A DNA stretch of 64,000 nt from an uncultured Syntrophomonadaceae bacterium. GTDB lineage: Bacteria > Bacillota > Dethiobacteria > DTU022. Below, piece after piece: positions 19,891-28,786 of this stretch; position 1 is the first letter of the stretch; every line of letters begins with the position of its first letter. A program made the translations under genes and the position numbers. Location of the stretch: NCBI GenBank assembly GCA_964627855.1, contig CAZVLE010000098.1, forward strand, positions 15,160 to 79,159, written 5' to 3'. The notes under the pieces were generated by a model, which did not search any database, was not told the DNA's origin, and saw only the letters and a list, made by a program, of their open reading frames with translations.

Positions 19891-20331
19891 TCACTTGACA
19901 ATTAATACATTTACATTGCTGCAATGAGCCACTTTGTTACTGACGCTGCCTAAGAATGCTTCTTTAATTCCCCTCAGCCCTCGGCTACCAAGAATAACAA
20001 GGTCATATTGCCCCTTACTGGCCAACTCACAAATAGCATCAGCAGGCGCCTGACGTCCGATAACCAATTCCGTATTAACTTTTAATCCTTTCTCACGGAA
20101 TGCTTTTGCCGCTTCATTTACTATCTCTTCAGCTTCTTCCTGTAATTGATTCCTGATCCTGGACCAGTTATCATCGGAAAACTGCATACTAACCCGGGGA
20201 CTAAATACGTATTCTCCAACCGCTGTCATAACCGTGACTTCTGCTCCAACTGCCTCTGCCAGGGGCAACGCTTTTTCAACCACCTTTTTTGAATGGTCTG
20301 AACCATCTGTAGCCACTAGAATGCGATACAC
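19891..20331 (-). CDS. universal stress protein (UspA family)
   Basis: 146 aa; ILVATDGS...LVILGSRGLRG...GSVSNKV motifs. Confidence 0.85.
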   Translation of the reverse strand: MYRILVATDGSDHSKKVVEKALPLAEAVGAEVTVMTAVGEYVFSPRVSMQFSDDNWSRIRNQLQEEAEEIVNEAAKAFREKGLKVNTELVIGRQAPADAICELASKGQYDLVILGSRGLRGIKEAFLGSVSNKVAHCSNVNVLIVK

Positions 20332-20516
20332 GAACTATCACTCCTTTATTGATAGATAATGAATTATTCTCTACAAGCACAGCTTATTCCTACCAGAAAA
20401 GGATTAGAAAAACCATAAATAAAGATTCTCCTGATATCATCAGCAATAAATATTTTTTGAAGGAATGAAAGGGGTCAAAGCAGAAGGAGGTAGCAATCAA
20501 AAAAGGAGGTTTATCA

Positions 20517-20867
20517 ATGAGTGTCATCAAGAAAGCAAAAGAACTGGGTCAGGAGATCCGCAAGACAGATGAATACAAAGAACTGGAAAGGGTTACAGAA
20601 AATATTCAGCAGGATACCGAAGCCAACAATATGATTAAAGAAATCCAGGATCTTCAAAAACAAATTCAATTCAGCCAGCAATCAGGTGTCCAACCGAGCG
20701 AAGAACAGATCGGCCAGTTTAACAATTTAAAAACTAAAATGGATACAAACCTGACCATACAGGCGTATGCTAAAGCTCAAAATGACTTCAGCCAATTCAT
20801 GCAGGAAGTCAATAGCGCTATCAGCGATGGAATAAATCCGGCTACGGCCGATGGGAAAAGTGAATAA
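20517..20867 (+). CDS. YlbF/YmcA-family regulatory protein
   Basis: 116-aa helical protein. The SVIKKAKELGQEIRKTDEYKE start is typical of YlbF-like proteins. Strong SD AAAGGAGG. Confidence 0.7.
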   Translation: MSVIKKAKELGQEIRKTDEYKELERVTENIQQDTEANNMIKEIQDLQKQIQFSQQSGVQPSEEQIGQFNNLKTKMDTNLTIQAYAKAQNDFSQFMQEVNSAISDGINPATADGKSE

Positions 20868-20979
20868 GTTCTCTCCAAGCATATCTCAACAGGGCAAGAG
20901 ATTGGCTCAGTCTGTGTCAGGTATAACAGGGAACTCCGCTTGAAAAATGTAGAGATTATGTAACCCCCACCCCGACCTT

Positions 20980-21010
20980 CCCGGCACTCAAAATGCACCT
21001 GAGTGCCGGG
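20980..21010. other. strong stem-loop (11-bp stem, 9-nt loop) in a 313-nt convergent spacer
   Basis: CCCGGCACTCA-aaatgcacc-TGAGTGCCGGG with no U-tract on either strand. Confidence 0.5.
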
Positions 21011-21179
21011 AGTAAACGCATGATGGCAGTGTAATCAGGACTTATGTTGTGATCGGCACCAGGCTTTCATAGGCATGGATTATATCAGGGGGATAATTAA
21101 AGGGGACCAGGACCACATTTTTTGACCATTAGCCCGGATTTGTTGCACATAATCATTTTCCAGTTTGACAGTCAGCTCT

Positions 21180-22142
21180 TTAAGCTTGTTCATGATTAGG
21201 CTTAGTGTACTTTTTCTTTGAGCTTCGTAACGAGCCCCTGAACAAACCCCAGGCAAGCCGAAAAAAAGACTTAAGTAATGAGCGGGAAAGACCGGGGTTT
21301 GTAGCCAGGGCTTCTGAGGCTCTGGCAGATAATAACAGACAGGTCTTTGTCAATTCTTCCGGATCAAGATAACCCAGATAGGGGGAAGCCAGGGCAACAA
21401 CCCGAGCAGGTTCTTCGGCCAACTGCCGGTTAAGCTTTTTCAGGTTATTATTCAAGTATTCCCCTGCATCTTCGGGAGGAAAAAACTGCAGCAGTGTCTC
21501 TTGAGAAAACAGGCCTGATTTAAAAATAATACTATCACAAAGATTTTCGATCTCTTTACGATCCAGGGAGCTGAAAAATGCCTGAAGGGCATTTTCTGGC
21601 AGGCCCGGATGCTTCGCTAATAAATTATTTGCAAGCCTGACCAGGCCATTGATCAGGGCAGCCAATTCTTCAAGGCTATTTTGTTCCAACTCCCGGTTTA
21701 CTCGTTCATGAAAATCAGCAGGTGCTGCAGTAGAAGAAGTTTTATGGTCGGACAATTTAAGGGCATCAAGCAGTGGCAGATAGGCTCGAGGCAGTTTTTG
21801 GATGCTCTCATAATCGACCGCACTTGTCATCTGGCAGATGAACTCGCGAAACAGGTGTGGTGGAATATTTTGCAGTTGCAGGCCCAATTCATCGAGGAAG
21901 GATACCAGAAAATTTAAGCTGCGCGGCAGCTGTCCCAGCATCCCGAAAGAGAATGCCGAATCACTCCAGAGGAGAATTTTTACCAACTCCCGGGCTTTTT
22001 CAGGCTCAAGGCAGGCAAGGTTGGCAATAACCCTGTCTTTTACTTCCGGATTCTGCAAAAGCTCTTCAAAATTTGCCTGAATGTTGCCTGAAAGTTGTTG
22101 AGATCCCTTTTCACTACCCCGTCCTCCAAACCTGCCTGTCAA
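21180..22142 (-). CDS. hypothetical all-helical protein, coupled to the ACAD-like genes
   Basis: ORF directly downstream of the ACAD-like gene. The TTG at 22142 follows AGGAGGG; the track start at 22178 overlaps the upstream gene by 20 nt. No recognisable domain. Confidence 0.5.
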   Translation of the reverse strand: MTGRFGGRGSEKGSQQLSGNIQANFEELLQNPEVKDRVIANLACLEPEKARELVKILLWSDSAFSFGMLGQLPRSLNFLVSFLDELGLQLQNIPPHLFREFICQMTSAVDYESIQKLPRAYLPLLDALKLSDHKTSSTAAPADFHERVNRELEQNSLEELAALINGLVRLANNLLAKHPGLPENALQAFFSSLDRKEIENLCDSIIFKSGLFSQETLLQFFPPEDAGEYLNNNLKKLNRQLAEEPARVVALASPYLGYLDPEELTKTCLLLSARASEALATNPGLSRSLLKSFFRLAWGLFRGSLRSSKKKYTKPNHEQA

Positions 22143-22158
22143 GTCAGTCCCTCCTGCC

Positions 22159-23427
22159 CTAAAGCGTTTTGCAGTCAAAAAACCAGCGCGCTGTTTCCAT
22201 CTGGCAGAGCTGCTTGCCCCCCATCCACAGCTGCACTATCTTGAGATCCCGCCAGTGCTTTTCAATATCACGGGCCCTGTCGCTACCATAACTATCCATC
22301 AAATTCATCGCTTTGCCAAGATCTTCCACGGCACGATCGGCAGCAAAATACTTGTACGCCCGCCCCTTGGCCACGATTTCATCGCTCCAGCGTAAGCCAT
22401 AAAGATCGGGGCGATCAAGCATACGGGCATACTGGTAGCCCAGGATACGGATAATCTCGATATCCCTGACAATGTCGGCAAGAACCCCGGCAACAGCATC
22501 ATTTTCTTTCAAGGGCAGGCCCCTGAAGTAATATTGACTGGAAAACTCTTTCAGGATTTCGTAAACATTCATCATCGCCCCACTGACAAAAGCTATACTG
22601 CCGAGATTACCAAAAGAAATTACTTCTTTAAAATACTTATAATCATCTCCGGGACCACAGGCCCGGTAATGCTTTGGTACACGAACGTGATCAAACCAGA
22701 CATCACTATTTTTATCTGCCGCCATTCCGGCTTTCTGGTAGGGGCTTCCCTGGGTTACACCCGGACAGTCGGCGGGAACAAAGATAAAAGCAAAATCAGC
22801 AAAATTGTCTGAGCCGGGATTGGTGGTGCAAACCACACCGAAAAGATTACAAACTCCACCGCTATTGGTTGGCCAAAGTTTATGACCGTTTATGACCCAT
22901 TCCTCACCATCGAGGGTGGCAGTAGTCTCGATTGTGGTACCCCTGGTTATCTCCATGTTTTCAATATCGGCTCCGCCCTGGGGCTCAGTCATGGCATTGG
23001 CGGCAAAAACAGCTTTTTCAGTTTCACAAAACATGGGTGCGAATTCCTCACAGAGAACACGGTTCACATGCGGTTCATTACAGATCATGATCAGGGGCCA
23101 AAAGGTTACACCGAAAGCTACAGCCAGGCCGGAATCAGCCCTGGCCACTTCTTCCATAAGACGAAAAGCGGCAGTGCCGGTATAGTGGGAGTGACCCAAC
23201 CCCCAGCCTCCCAGGTCTTCCGGGAAAAAAACCCGCTGCAGTCCCAGCTTGCCCATCAGGGTATTAAAAGCCGGCTCAATCAGCCGGTGCTCTCTCCAGT
23301 CTTCATCATATTGACGACGCAGGGGTATAACCTCTTCTTCCGCCCACTTTCTAACGATCGGTCCAAAATAATCATCAATGGGAGAAAGATATTCTCTGGG
23401 TCGGGTAAAGTCATCTATTGAATGCAT
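22159..23427 (-). CDS. acyl-CoA dehydrogenase-fold protein (non-canonical active site)
   Basis: The MTEPQGGADI flavin/acyl-CoA motif and C-terminal HWRDLKIVQLWMGGKQL align to the RDAKIYQIYEGT of ACADs, with Met in place of the catalytic Glu. Confidence 0.8.
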   Translation of the reverse strand: MHSIDDFTRPREYLSPIDDYFGPIVRKWAEEEVIPLRRQYDEDWREHRLIEPAFNTLMGKLGLQRVFFPEDLGGWGLGHSHYTGTAAFRLMEEVARADSGLAVAFGVTFWPLIMICNEPHVNRVLCEEFAPMFCETEKAVFAANAMTEPQGGADIENMEITRGTTIETTATLDGEEWVINGHKLWPTNSGGVCNLFGVVCTTNPGSDNFADFAFIFVPADCPGVTQGSPYQKAGMAADKNSDVWFDHVRVPKHYRACGPGDDYKYFKEVISFGNLGSIAFVSGAMMNVYEILKEFSSQYYFRGLPLKENDAVAGVLADIVRDIEIIRILGYQYARMLDRPDLYGLRWSDEIVAKGRAYKYFAADRAVEDLGKAMNLMDSYGSDRARDIEKHWRDLKIVQLWMGGKQLCQMETARWFFDCKTL

Positions 23428-23452
23428 TATAAAACCTCACCTTCATTATAGG

Positions 23453-24697
23453 TTAAAGGTTCTTCGACCGATAGAAAAACCTTGCCAGTGCCAATTTGTT
23501 CAGCTCCCAACTGCCGAGATGGACCTGTAATGTTTTTACATCACGCCAGTAACGTTCAAGGTTCCATTCCGTAGCATACCCGGCCGAGCCCATCAATTCC
23601 ATGGTTTGATTGATCGCTTTCTCCGCAGACATGGTAATGTGTGATACTACGCTTAAGGCTGAAATGTAGAGCTCTTCCTGCCTGGACAATATTTCCGGCT
23701 CTGAACTGGCAATCATGTGTGCCAGTTGATAGAGCAACAAACGGCTCAGCAATATTTCATGGCTGATTTCTGCCATTACCGATGCAGTCAGCGGATTCTC
23801 TTTAAAGAGGTTGCCCTTTCCCTTGATCACACGCGTGTCACCCCATGCCCGGATAATTTCAAATACCGCAAAAAGGGAACCAACGGTTACAGCTGACATG
23901 TTCAGGTAAAGCCATGTCAGCAATTTTTGAAAAGAGCCTTCCCCTTGAAAAATTATATTTGAAACAGAAATACTTGCCCGGGACAAATTGATTTCTGCAT
24001 TGAGGCTGGCAGCAAGGCCAGTTTTCAACAGATGCTCTCCACGTGAAAGGCCGAGATTATCGCCTGGGACCAAAACCATGGCAGGTTCTTCAGAACCTTC
24101 AATGCTGCAAATGAGAGCTACAATTTGTGCATCTGATCCCGAATTGAGCGGACGCAGCTTTTCACCACTGATCACCAGGTTTTGGCCACTTTTTTGCGCA
24201 CTGGCCCCAAAATACTTACCCCTGAAGAGCTTTTGTTCCGATAAAACAGCTTTCGGACTATAGGCAGGCAAAATCAGGGCACAGAGGGTTGTTTCATCTG
24301 CCTGGCAAAAAAGAGGAGCTATTGAGTTGCAAAGTCCTTCATGCTTTAATCGACCGGAACAGATCATGCTGCTCAATGCAAAATTTACAGCCGCCAGGTA
24401 GCCAATACCCGTATCGGCTCGTCCAACTTGTTCAAGAGCAGCTACGATAGTTATTGCTGCCTCAGGCAAGTTGTATCCCAGACCGCCGCAATCTTCAGGC
24501 CATAACAATTTCTGCAGCTCGAGTTCAATAAAAAGCTTGTCCATAGCCGGTTTTAATAACTGCTCGTAGTCCTCTCCATATTCCAACCGTTTCGCTATCA
24601 CTTCTTTATCAGCCCATTGCTGGACTGTTTGTGCTAAGATCAGATCGGACTCCTGAACAAAATCTGCAGGGTATGCTATTAAATTAAAACAGTTCAT
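23453..24697 (-). CDS. acyl-CoA dehydrogenase-fold protein, divergent paralog
   Basis: C-terminal YWRDVKTLQVHLGSWEL aligns to the ACAD catalytic region (Leu in place of Glu). The ATG at 24697 follows GGAGG; the track start is a GTG at 24712. Confidence 0.75.
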   Translation of the reverse strand: MNCFNLIAYPADFVQESDLILAQTVQQWADKEVIAKRLEYGEDYEQLLKPAMDKLFIELELQKLLWPEDCGGLGYNLPEAAITIVAALEQVGRADTGIGYLAAVNFALSSMICSGRLKHEGLCNSIAPLFCQADETTLCALILPAYSPKAVLSEQKLFRGKYFGASAQKSGQNLVISGEKLRPLNSGSDAQIVALICSIEGSEEPAMVLVPGDNLGLSRGEHLLKTGLAASLNAEINLSRASISVSNIIFQGEGSFQKLLTWLYLNMSAVTVGSLFAVFEIIRAWGDTRVIKGKGNLFKENPLTASVMAEISHEILLSRLLLYQLAHMIASSEPEILSRQEELYISALSVVSHITMSAEKAINQTMELMGSAGYATEWNLERYWRDVKTLQVHLGSWELNKLALARFFYRSKNL

Positions 24698-24826
24698 TGG
24701 CAATACCTCCACCCGGCTATTTATGAAATATTATCACATATGCAAATCTTTAGCAGGATATTTCGCAAACTTTATCTAAAATTATATAAGCTAAGCGAAT
24801 AAGCGGGCCATAAGAACTTCTATTTA

Positions 24827-26503
24827 ATGACTGGAGAGATGGAAATGGACCTGGATAAAATATGTGTCGGGTGTTTCAGCGAGCGGGGACCAGGGGCTAT
24901 CTGTCAGCACTGCGGTTATGATGATAGCTTTGTCCCGGAAGCAGAGGTTTACCTGGTTCCACGTACAGTCCTGGAAAACAAGTATGTGATCGGGCGTATT
25001 CTTGGCCAGGGTGGCTTTGGCATTACTTACCTGGCCTGGGATCTTAACCTTAATATCAAACTCGCCATCAAGGAATACTTTCCCCGTGAACTGGCTTCCC
25101 GTTCAAGTGGCCACAGCCAGGTCAATGCCTATTCAGGAAACCTGGGCAGCCAGTACCATTACGGCCTTGACAAATTCCTGCAGGAAGCTCGCACCCTGGC
25201 CCAATTTGAAGGTCACCCCAATATCGTCTCAGTGCGTGACTACTTTCAGGCCAACAATACAGCCTACCTGGTAATGAAATATGTTGAAGGGATCACTTTA
25301 AAGGAACATCTGGGCAGATCCGGGGGCAGATTGCCCGTCGAGCAGGCGATAAAGATTATTATGCCGATCATGGATGCCCTGATCGAAGTCCATAGCGTTA
25401 ATATCCTGCACCGCGACATCAGTCCGGATAACATTTTCATCAACGAAAAAGGGCAGGTCATTTTGATTGACTTCGGGGCTGCCCGCCAGGCAATAAGCGA
25501 TAAGGGGCATAGCATGTCAATCATCCTCAAGCCGGGTTATGCCCCGGAAGAACAGTACCGCAGCAAGGGCAACCAGGGACCCTGGACCGATATCTATGCC
25601 CTGGCCGCCACTTTATATCATTTAATCACTGGCCGCCAGCCGCCGGAATCGCTGGACAGGCTCACAGAAGATCAGCTGGTACCTCCCAACAGGTTGGGCG
25701 TAGGTTTAAAAACCGAGGAAGAGGAGTCTATACTAAAAGCTCTGGCCGTTAGAGCCAGGGATCGCTATCAAAGGATGGAGGATTTTCAAGAGGCACTGAT
25801 GGGTCAAATGCTGACCCAAAGCGTTAAAACAACAACGGTCGAACCTGTTCATGAAACCGCAGCGCCAATAAGCGAGGGGAAGAAGAGCAGAACTCCTATC
25901 ATTATCGCTGGAACAACGCTGCTAGTGGCGATCATTATCGCTTTGGTAGTCTTACTGTCAGGAAGTAGCGAAGAAGAGCAGGCTCTGACAGACAGTATTG
26001 AGACAGAAGTTATTGTGGAGAACGACAACACAGAGGAGGCAGTTCAGGAGAACAACGAATTAACCGAGTTTCCGGATAAGTCGCCCAGGTCTGGTTTTGA
26101 AGAACCAACTAATTATATCGCTTCCCTCGAGGCAGATGCCCTTGAATTGTTATTCTATGAATGGGGTTATGATCCTCCGGATGATTCGGATTATGATGAT
26201 ATGGATTACCGCAACACATTCTATGCAGAAGAAACAAGGTTTGTATGGTGGGATTTATACCTGGCTCATCAACCTGGTGATGAAAATAGAAGCGCTCTAT
26301 TCAATCATAAATACTATAACCCGGATGACACTCTTCTGGACAGTTACGGCAGTTATTTTGATATTCCTGCAGGCTGGACCGATACATGGATATCCATGGG
26401 CCACGGCTCTGATGACCCCAGTTACTGGGAAAAGGGTGAATACTATGTTGAGATTTTGGTGGACGGTATTGTCATAGCCGCCGGTTCCTTTGAAATTAAG
26501 TAG
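24827..26503 (+). CDS. Hanks-type Ser/Thr protein kinase: N-terminal zinc ribbon, one TM, unknown C-terminal beta-rich domain
   Basis: CVGCF...CQHCGY zinc ribbon; GQGGFG, AIKEY, HRDISPDN, DFG and APEE kinase motifs; TM helix IIIAGTTLLVAIIIALVVLL. Confidence 0.85.
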   Translation: MTGEMEMDLDKICVGCFSERGPGAICQHCGYDDSFVPEAEVYLVPRTVLENKYVIGRILGQGGFGITYLAWDLNLNIKLAIKEYFPRELASRSSGHSQVNAYSGNLGSQYHYGLDKFLQEARTLAQFEGHPNIVSVRDYFQANNTAYLVMKYVEGITLKEHLGRSGGRLPVEQAIKIIMPIMDALIEVHSVNILHRDISPDNIFINEKGQVILIDFGAARQAISDKGHSMSIILKPGYAPEEQYRSKGNQGPWTDIYALAATLYHLITGRQPPESLDRLTEDQLVPPNRLGVGLKTEEEESILKALAVRARDRYQRMEDFQEALMGQMLTQSVKTTTVEPVHETAAPISEGKKSRTPIIIAGTTLLVAIIIALVVLLSGSSEEEQALTDSIETEVIVENDNTEEAVQENNELTEFPDKSPRSGFEEPTNYIASLEADALELLFYEWGYDPPDDSDYDDMDYRNTFYAEETRFVWWDLYLAHQPGDENRSALFNHKYYNPDDTLLDSYGSYFDIPAGWTDTWISMGHGSDDPSYWEKGEYYVEILVDGIVIAAGSFEIK

Positions 26504-26525
26504 CCATTTTTTGTTATCTTATTCA

Positions 26526-27284
26526 TCACAACTGTTTAAGGCAGACAAATATGGTGAGGGGATAAAAGCCTTCACCCAAAATATAAGGATCATAAAGATC
26601 ATTTAAAGCTACCCGGCTAACCTTTAGCCTATATTCGTCAAAAAGACTTTGCCAATGGTCTGAGTCAAAAAGCCCTATGGTATGACATTCAGTAAATAGC
26701 TCCAACTTGCCTTTACGACGAACCAGGTAGATAATTGTGGCTTCATAGCGATCTTTAGCGAGACCAACAATGTAATTATTTTCAAAGACAGTAACCTCAA
26801 CATCACCACGAGAGCCTGTATAGACAAAATTGTTTGCCCTGAATTCCTCTTTCAGATGTGCAGTAATTAAGATAATTCCACCGGGCTTTAAATGCCGGCA
26901 GGCATTACCAACTACCAACCGCAGGTCTGCTGCAGTTGTCATATAACCAATCGAATCAGGAATGGCTACAACATCGAATTCTCTCTGCAAATCAATGGTG
27001 CGCATATCACCATGGTAATAGGTTATCTCCGGATTGATCTCTTTGGCAACCTCGAGCATACCCCTGCTAATATCCACCCCGGTAACAGTAAAATCCTTTT
27101 TGAAGGTATAATCATTTATGCCGGCGCCACTGGCAAGGTGCAGCAGAGTATGGGGCTCAATTCTTGAATGCTCTCTGATCAGCCGGCAATACGACTCTGT
27201 CTCTTCACGAAACTGCTCAGGAGGTGCAATAATTGGTTCAATCCAGGCCAGTTCTTCATAACCGATCCACTTATCCTTATTCAC
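26526..27284 (-). CDS. class I SAM-dependent methyltransferase (small-molecule type)
   Basis: Motif I LLHLASGAGIND and post-I VTGVDIS; 252 aa. Confidence 0.8.
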   Translation of the reverse strand: MNKDKWIGYEELAWIEPIIAPPEQFREETESYCRLIREHSRIEPHTLLHLASGAGINDYTFKKDFTVTGVDISRGMLEVAKEINPEITYYHGDMRTIDLQREFDVVAIPDSIGYMTTAADLRLVVGNACRHLKPGGIILITAHLKEEFRANNFVYTGSRGDVEVTVFENNYIVGLAKDRYEATIIYLVRRKGKLELFTECHTIGLFDSDHWQSLFDEYRLKVSRVALNDLYDPYILGEGFYPLTIFVCLKQL

Positions 27285-27342
27285 TTTTTCATCCCCTATG
27301 ATTCTGATCTAAGCTAAAATACCCTTATGCAAAAAATCATGG

Positions 27343-28524
27343 CTATAGCTGAAGCTGCATTCCATTACTGAAGCAAAAATTCTCTGCCGTCAGTGCTTCG
27401 ACACTTATTTGCTTAATGATTTCATCATTATAATATGAAGCGATGAACTTATCAGTTTTTTCTGGCTCGATCTGCTCAACAAAAGGCAATTTTAGCTCTT
27501 TTTCCTGCGCTGTCATAACCGGAAAACCAAAAAACCTGTTGATATATTTCAGTGAACCCTTTTCTGATTGATAGTCACTGATAAACTTCAGGTGCTTCTT
27601 AAGCCTCTTAAGATTATGATCATTGATATCAGGAAGCGCTTTAATGATATTATCCCTGATTGAAGCGAAAACACTGCTATCATGATCAAAACCAATGCTG
27701 TTCCTGCCGGAAGCTATTGCAGCCAGGTTTGTAGTTCCCGTGCCGGTGAAAGGGTCAAAAACGGTGTCGCCGAGAAGGGAATACATGTTAACCAGGCGAA
27801 AGGGAACTTCAAAAGGATAGGCGGCGCTTCTTTTACGCTCCTTATTATTCATTTCCTGTCTTACCCCCTTGAAATCCCATAAATCAGAAAACCAGGAGTT
27901 TCTTTCTTCCCAGAAATATGCACTCTGCCTGCGCCTTATTTTTTGATCCTCGGTGGTAAATGTCCTGATGCCCCCTTTTCTAAAGATGAGGATGCTTTCA
28001 TGCTCCAGAGTTACATAGGCTCCGGCCGGCAGCATTCCCGAGCCCATAAACTTGTTTGGGGCATTGGTCTGTTTACGCCAGATAATCGGGGGCAGAACAT
28101 CAAAGCCCAGTTCGAAAAATCTGCTTTCTATTCTTGCCCTGTTTGGAAAGAGCTGAAAGCGCCCCCCGATAGTGCGAGTGGCATCACCGATGTTGATACA
28201 AGCGTAAGCCCCTTCTTTCATGACCCGAAATAGCTGAGACCAGACCAGGTTAAGGTTTGAGTGCATTGCATCGAAAGCCTCGCGACAATAATCTATTGTT
28301 AGCTTAGAGGCAATAGTCGGGTCGAGGTCGGCAAATTGCCGATCCCACATTTCTATCATCGGGTATGGCGGTGAAGTGACCACCAGATCAATGCTTTTAT
28401 CTGGCAGGGCACTCATATCCCTGGCATCCTGGCAGGTTATTACGTGCCTTGTTTGCAAATATTTCTCAACTCCTTGACTATGCTGAAAATAACCAGGCTT
28501 TTTGAAAATGATACTTCCGATCAA
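27343..28524 (-). CDS. beta-class N4/N6 DNA methyltransferase (SPPY motif, m4C-like) with ~90-aa C-terminal extension
   Basis: Catalytic motif IV DLVVTSPPY precedes SAM motif I VFDPFTGTGTT, the beta-class order. The start is a TTG with a weak SD. Confidence 0.8.
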   Translation of the reverse strand: MIGSIIFKKPGYFQHSQGVEKYLQTRHVITCQDARDMSALPDKSIDLVVTSPPYPMIEMWDRQFADLDPTIASKLTIDYCREAFDAMHSNLNLVWSQLFRVMKEGAYACINIGDATRTIGGRFQLFPNRARIESRFFELGFDVLPPIIWRKQTNAPNKFMGSGMLPAGAYVTLEHESILIFRKGGIRTFTTEDQKIRRRQSAYFWEERNSWFSDLWDFKGVRQEMNNKERKRSAAYPFEVPFRLVNMYSLLGDTVFDPFTGTGTTNLAAIASGRNSIGFDHDSSVFASIRDNIIKALPDINDHNLKRLKKHLKFISDYQSEKGSLKYINRFFGFPVMTAQEKELKLPFVEQIEPEKTDKFIASYYNDEIIKQISVEALTAENFCFSNGMQLQL

Positions 28525-28786
28525 CTTTTCAAAGATAGCTTTGCCAACCTTCTTGCTCCGGCCATTATCCGGGGTTGCTTATATTATCCATAATTGTGAT
28601 ACTTAAAACAACCACCACATTTATACTTCAATTTGTTTGCCTATCCTTAAAAATTGCTACGACACACACGCAGTAATTCCTGTGCTGTTCATAATTCAGA
28701 CTGACATCCTTCTTTACAATCAATGATCTGGTAAGATAAGATGAAGCCATACATAACCGGTCAGATGATAAGGAGCTGAATCGAAA

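Noticed and set aside
28655-28670. A shared CGACACACAC decamer in the spacers at 28655 and 48653.
   Set aside because: It is a short (CA)n-like low-complexity match with dissimilar flanks, and is expected by chance.
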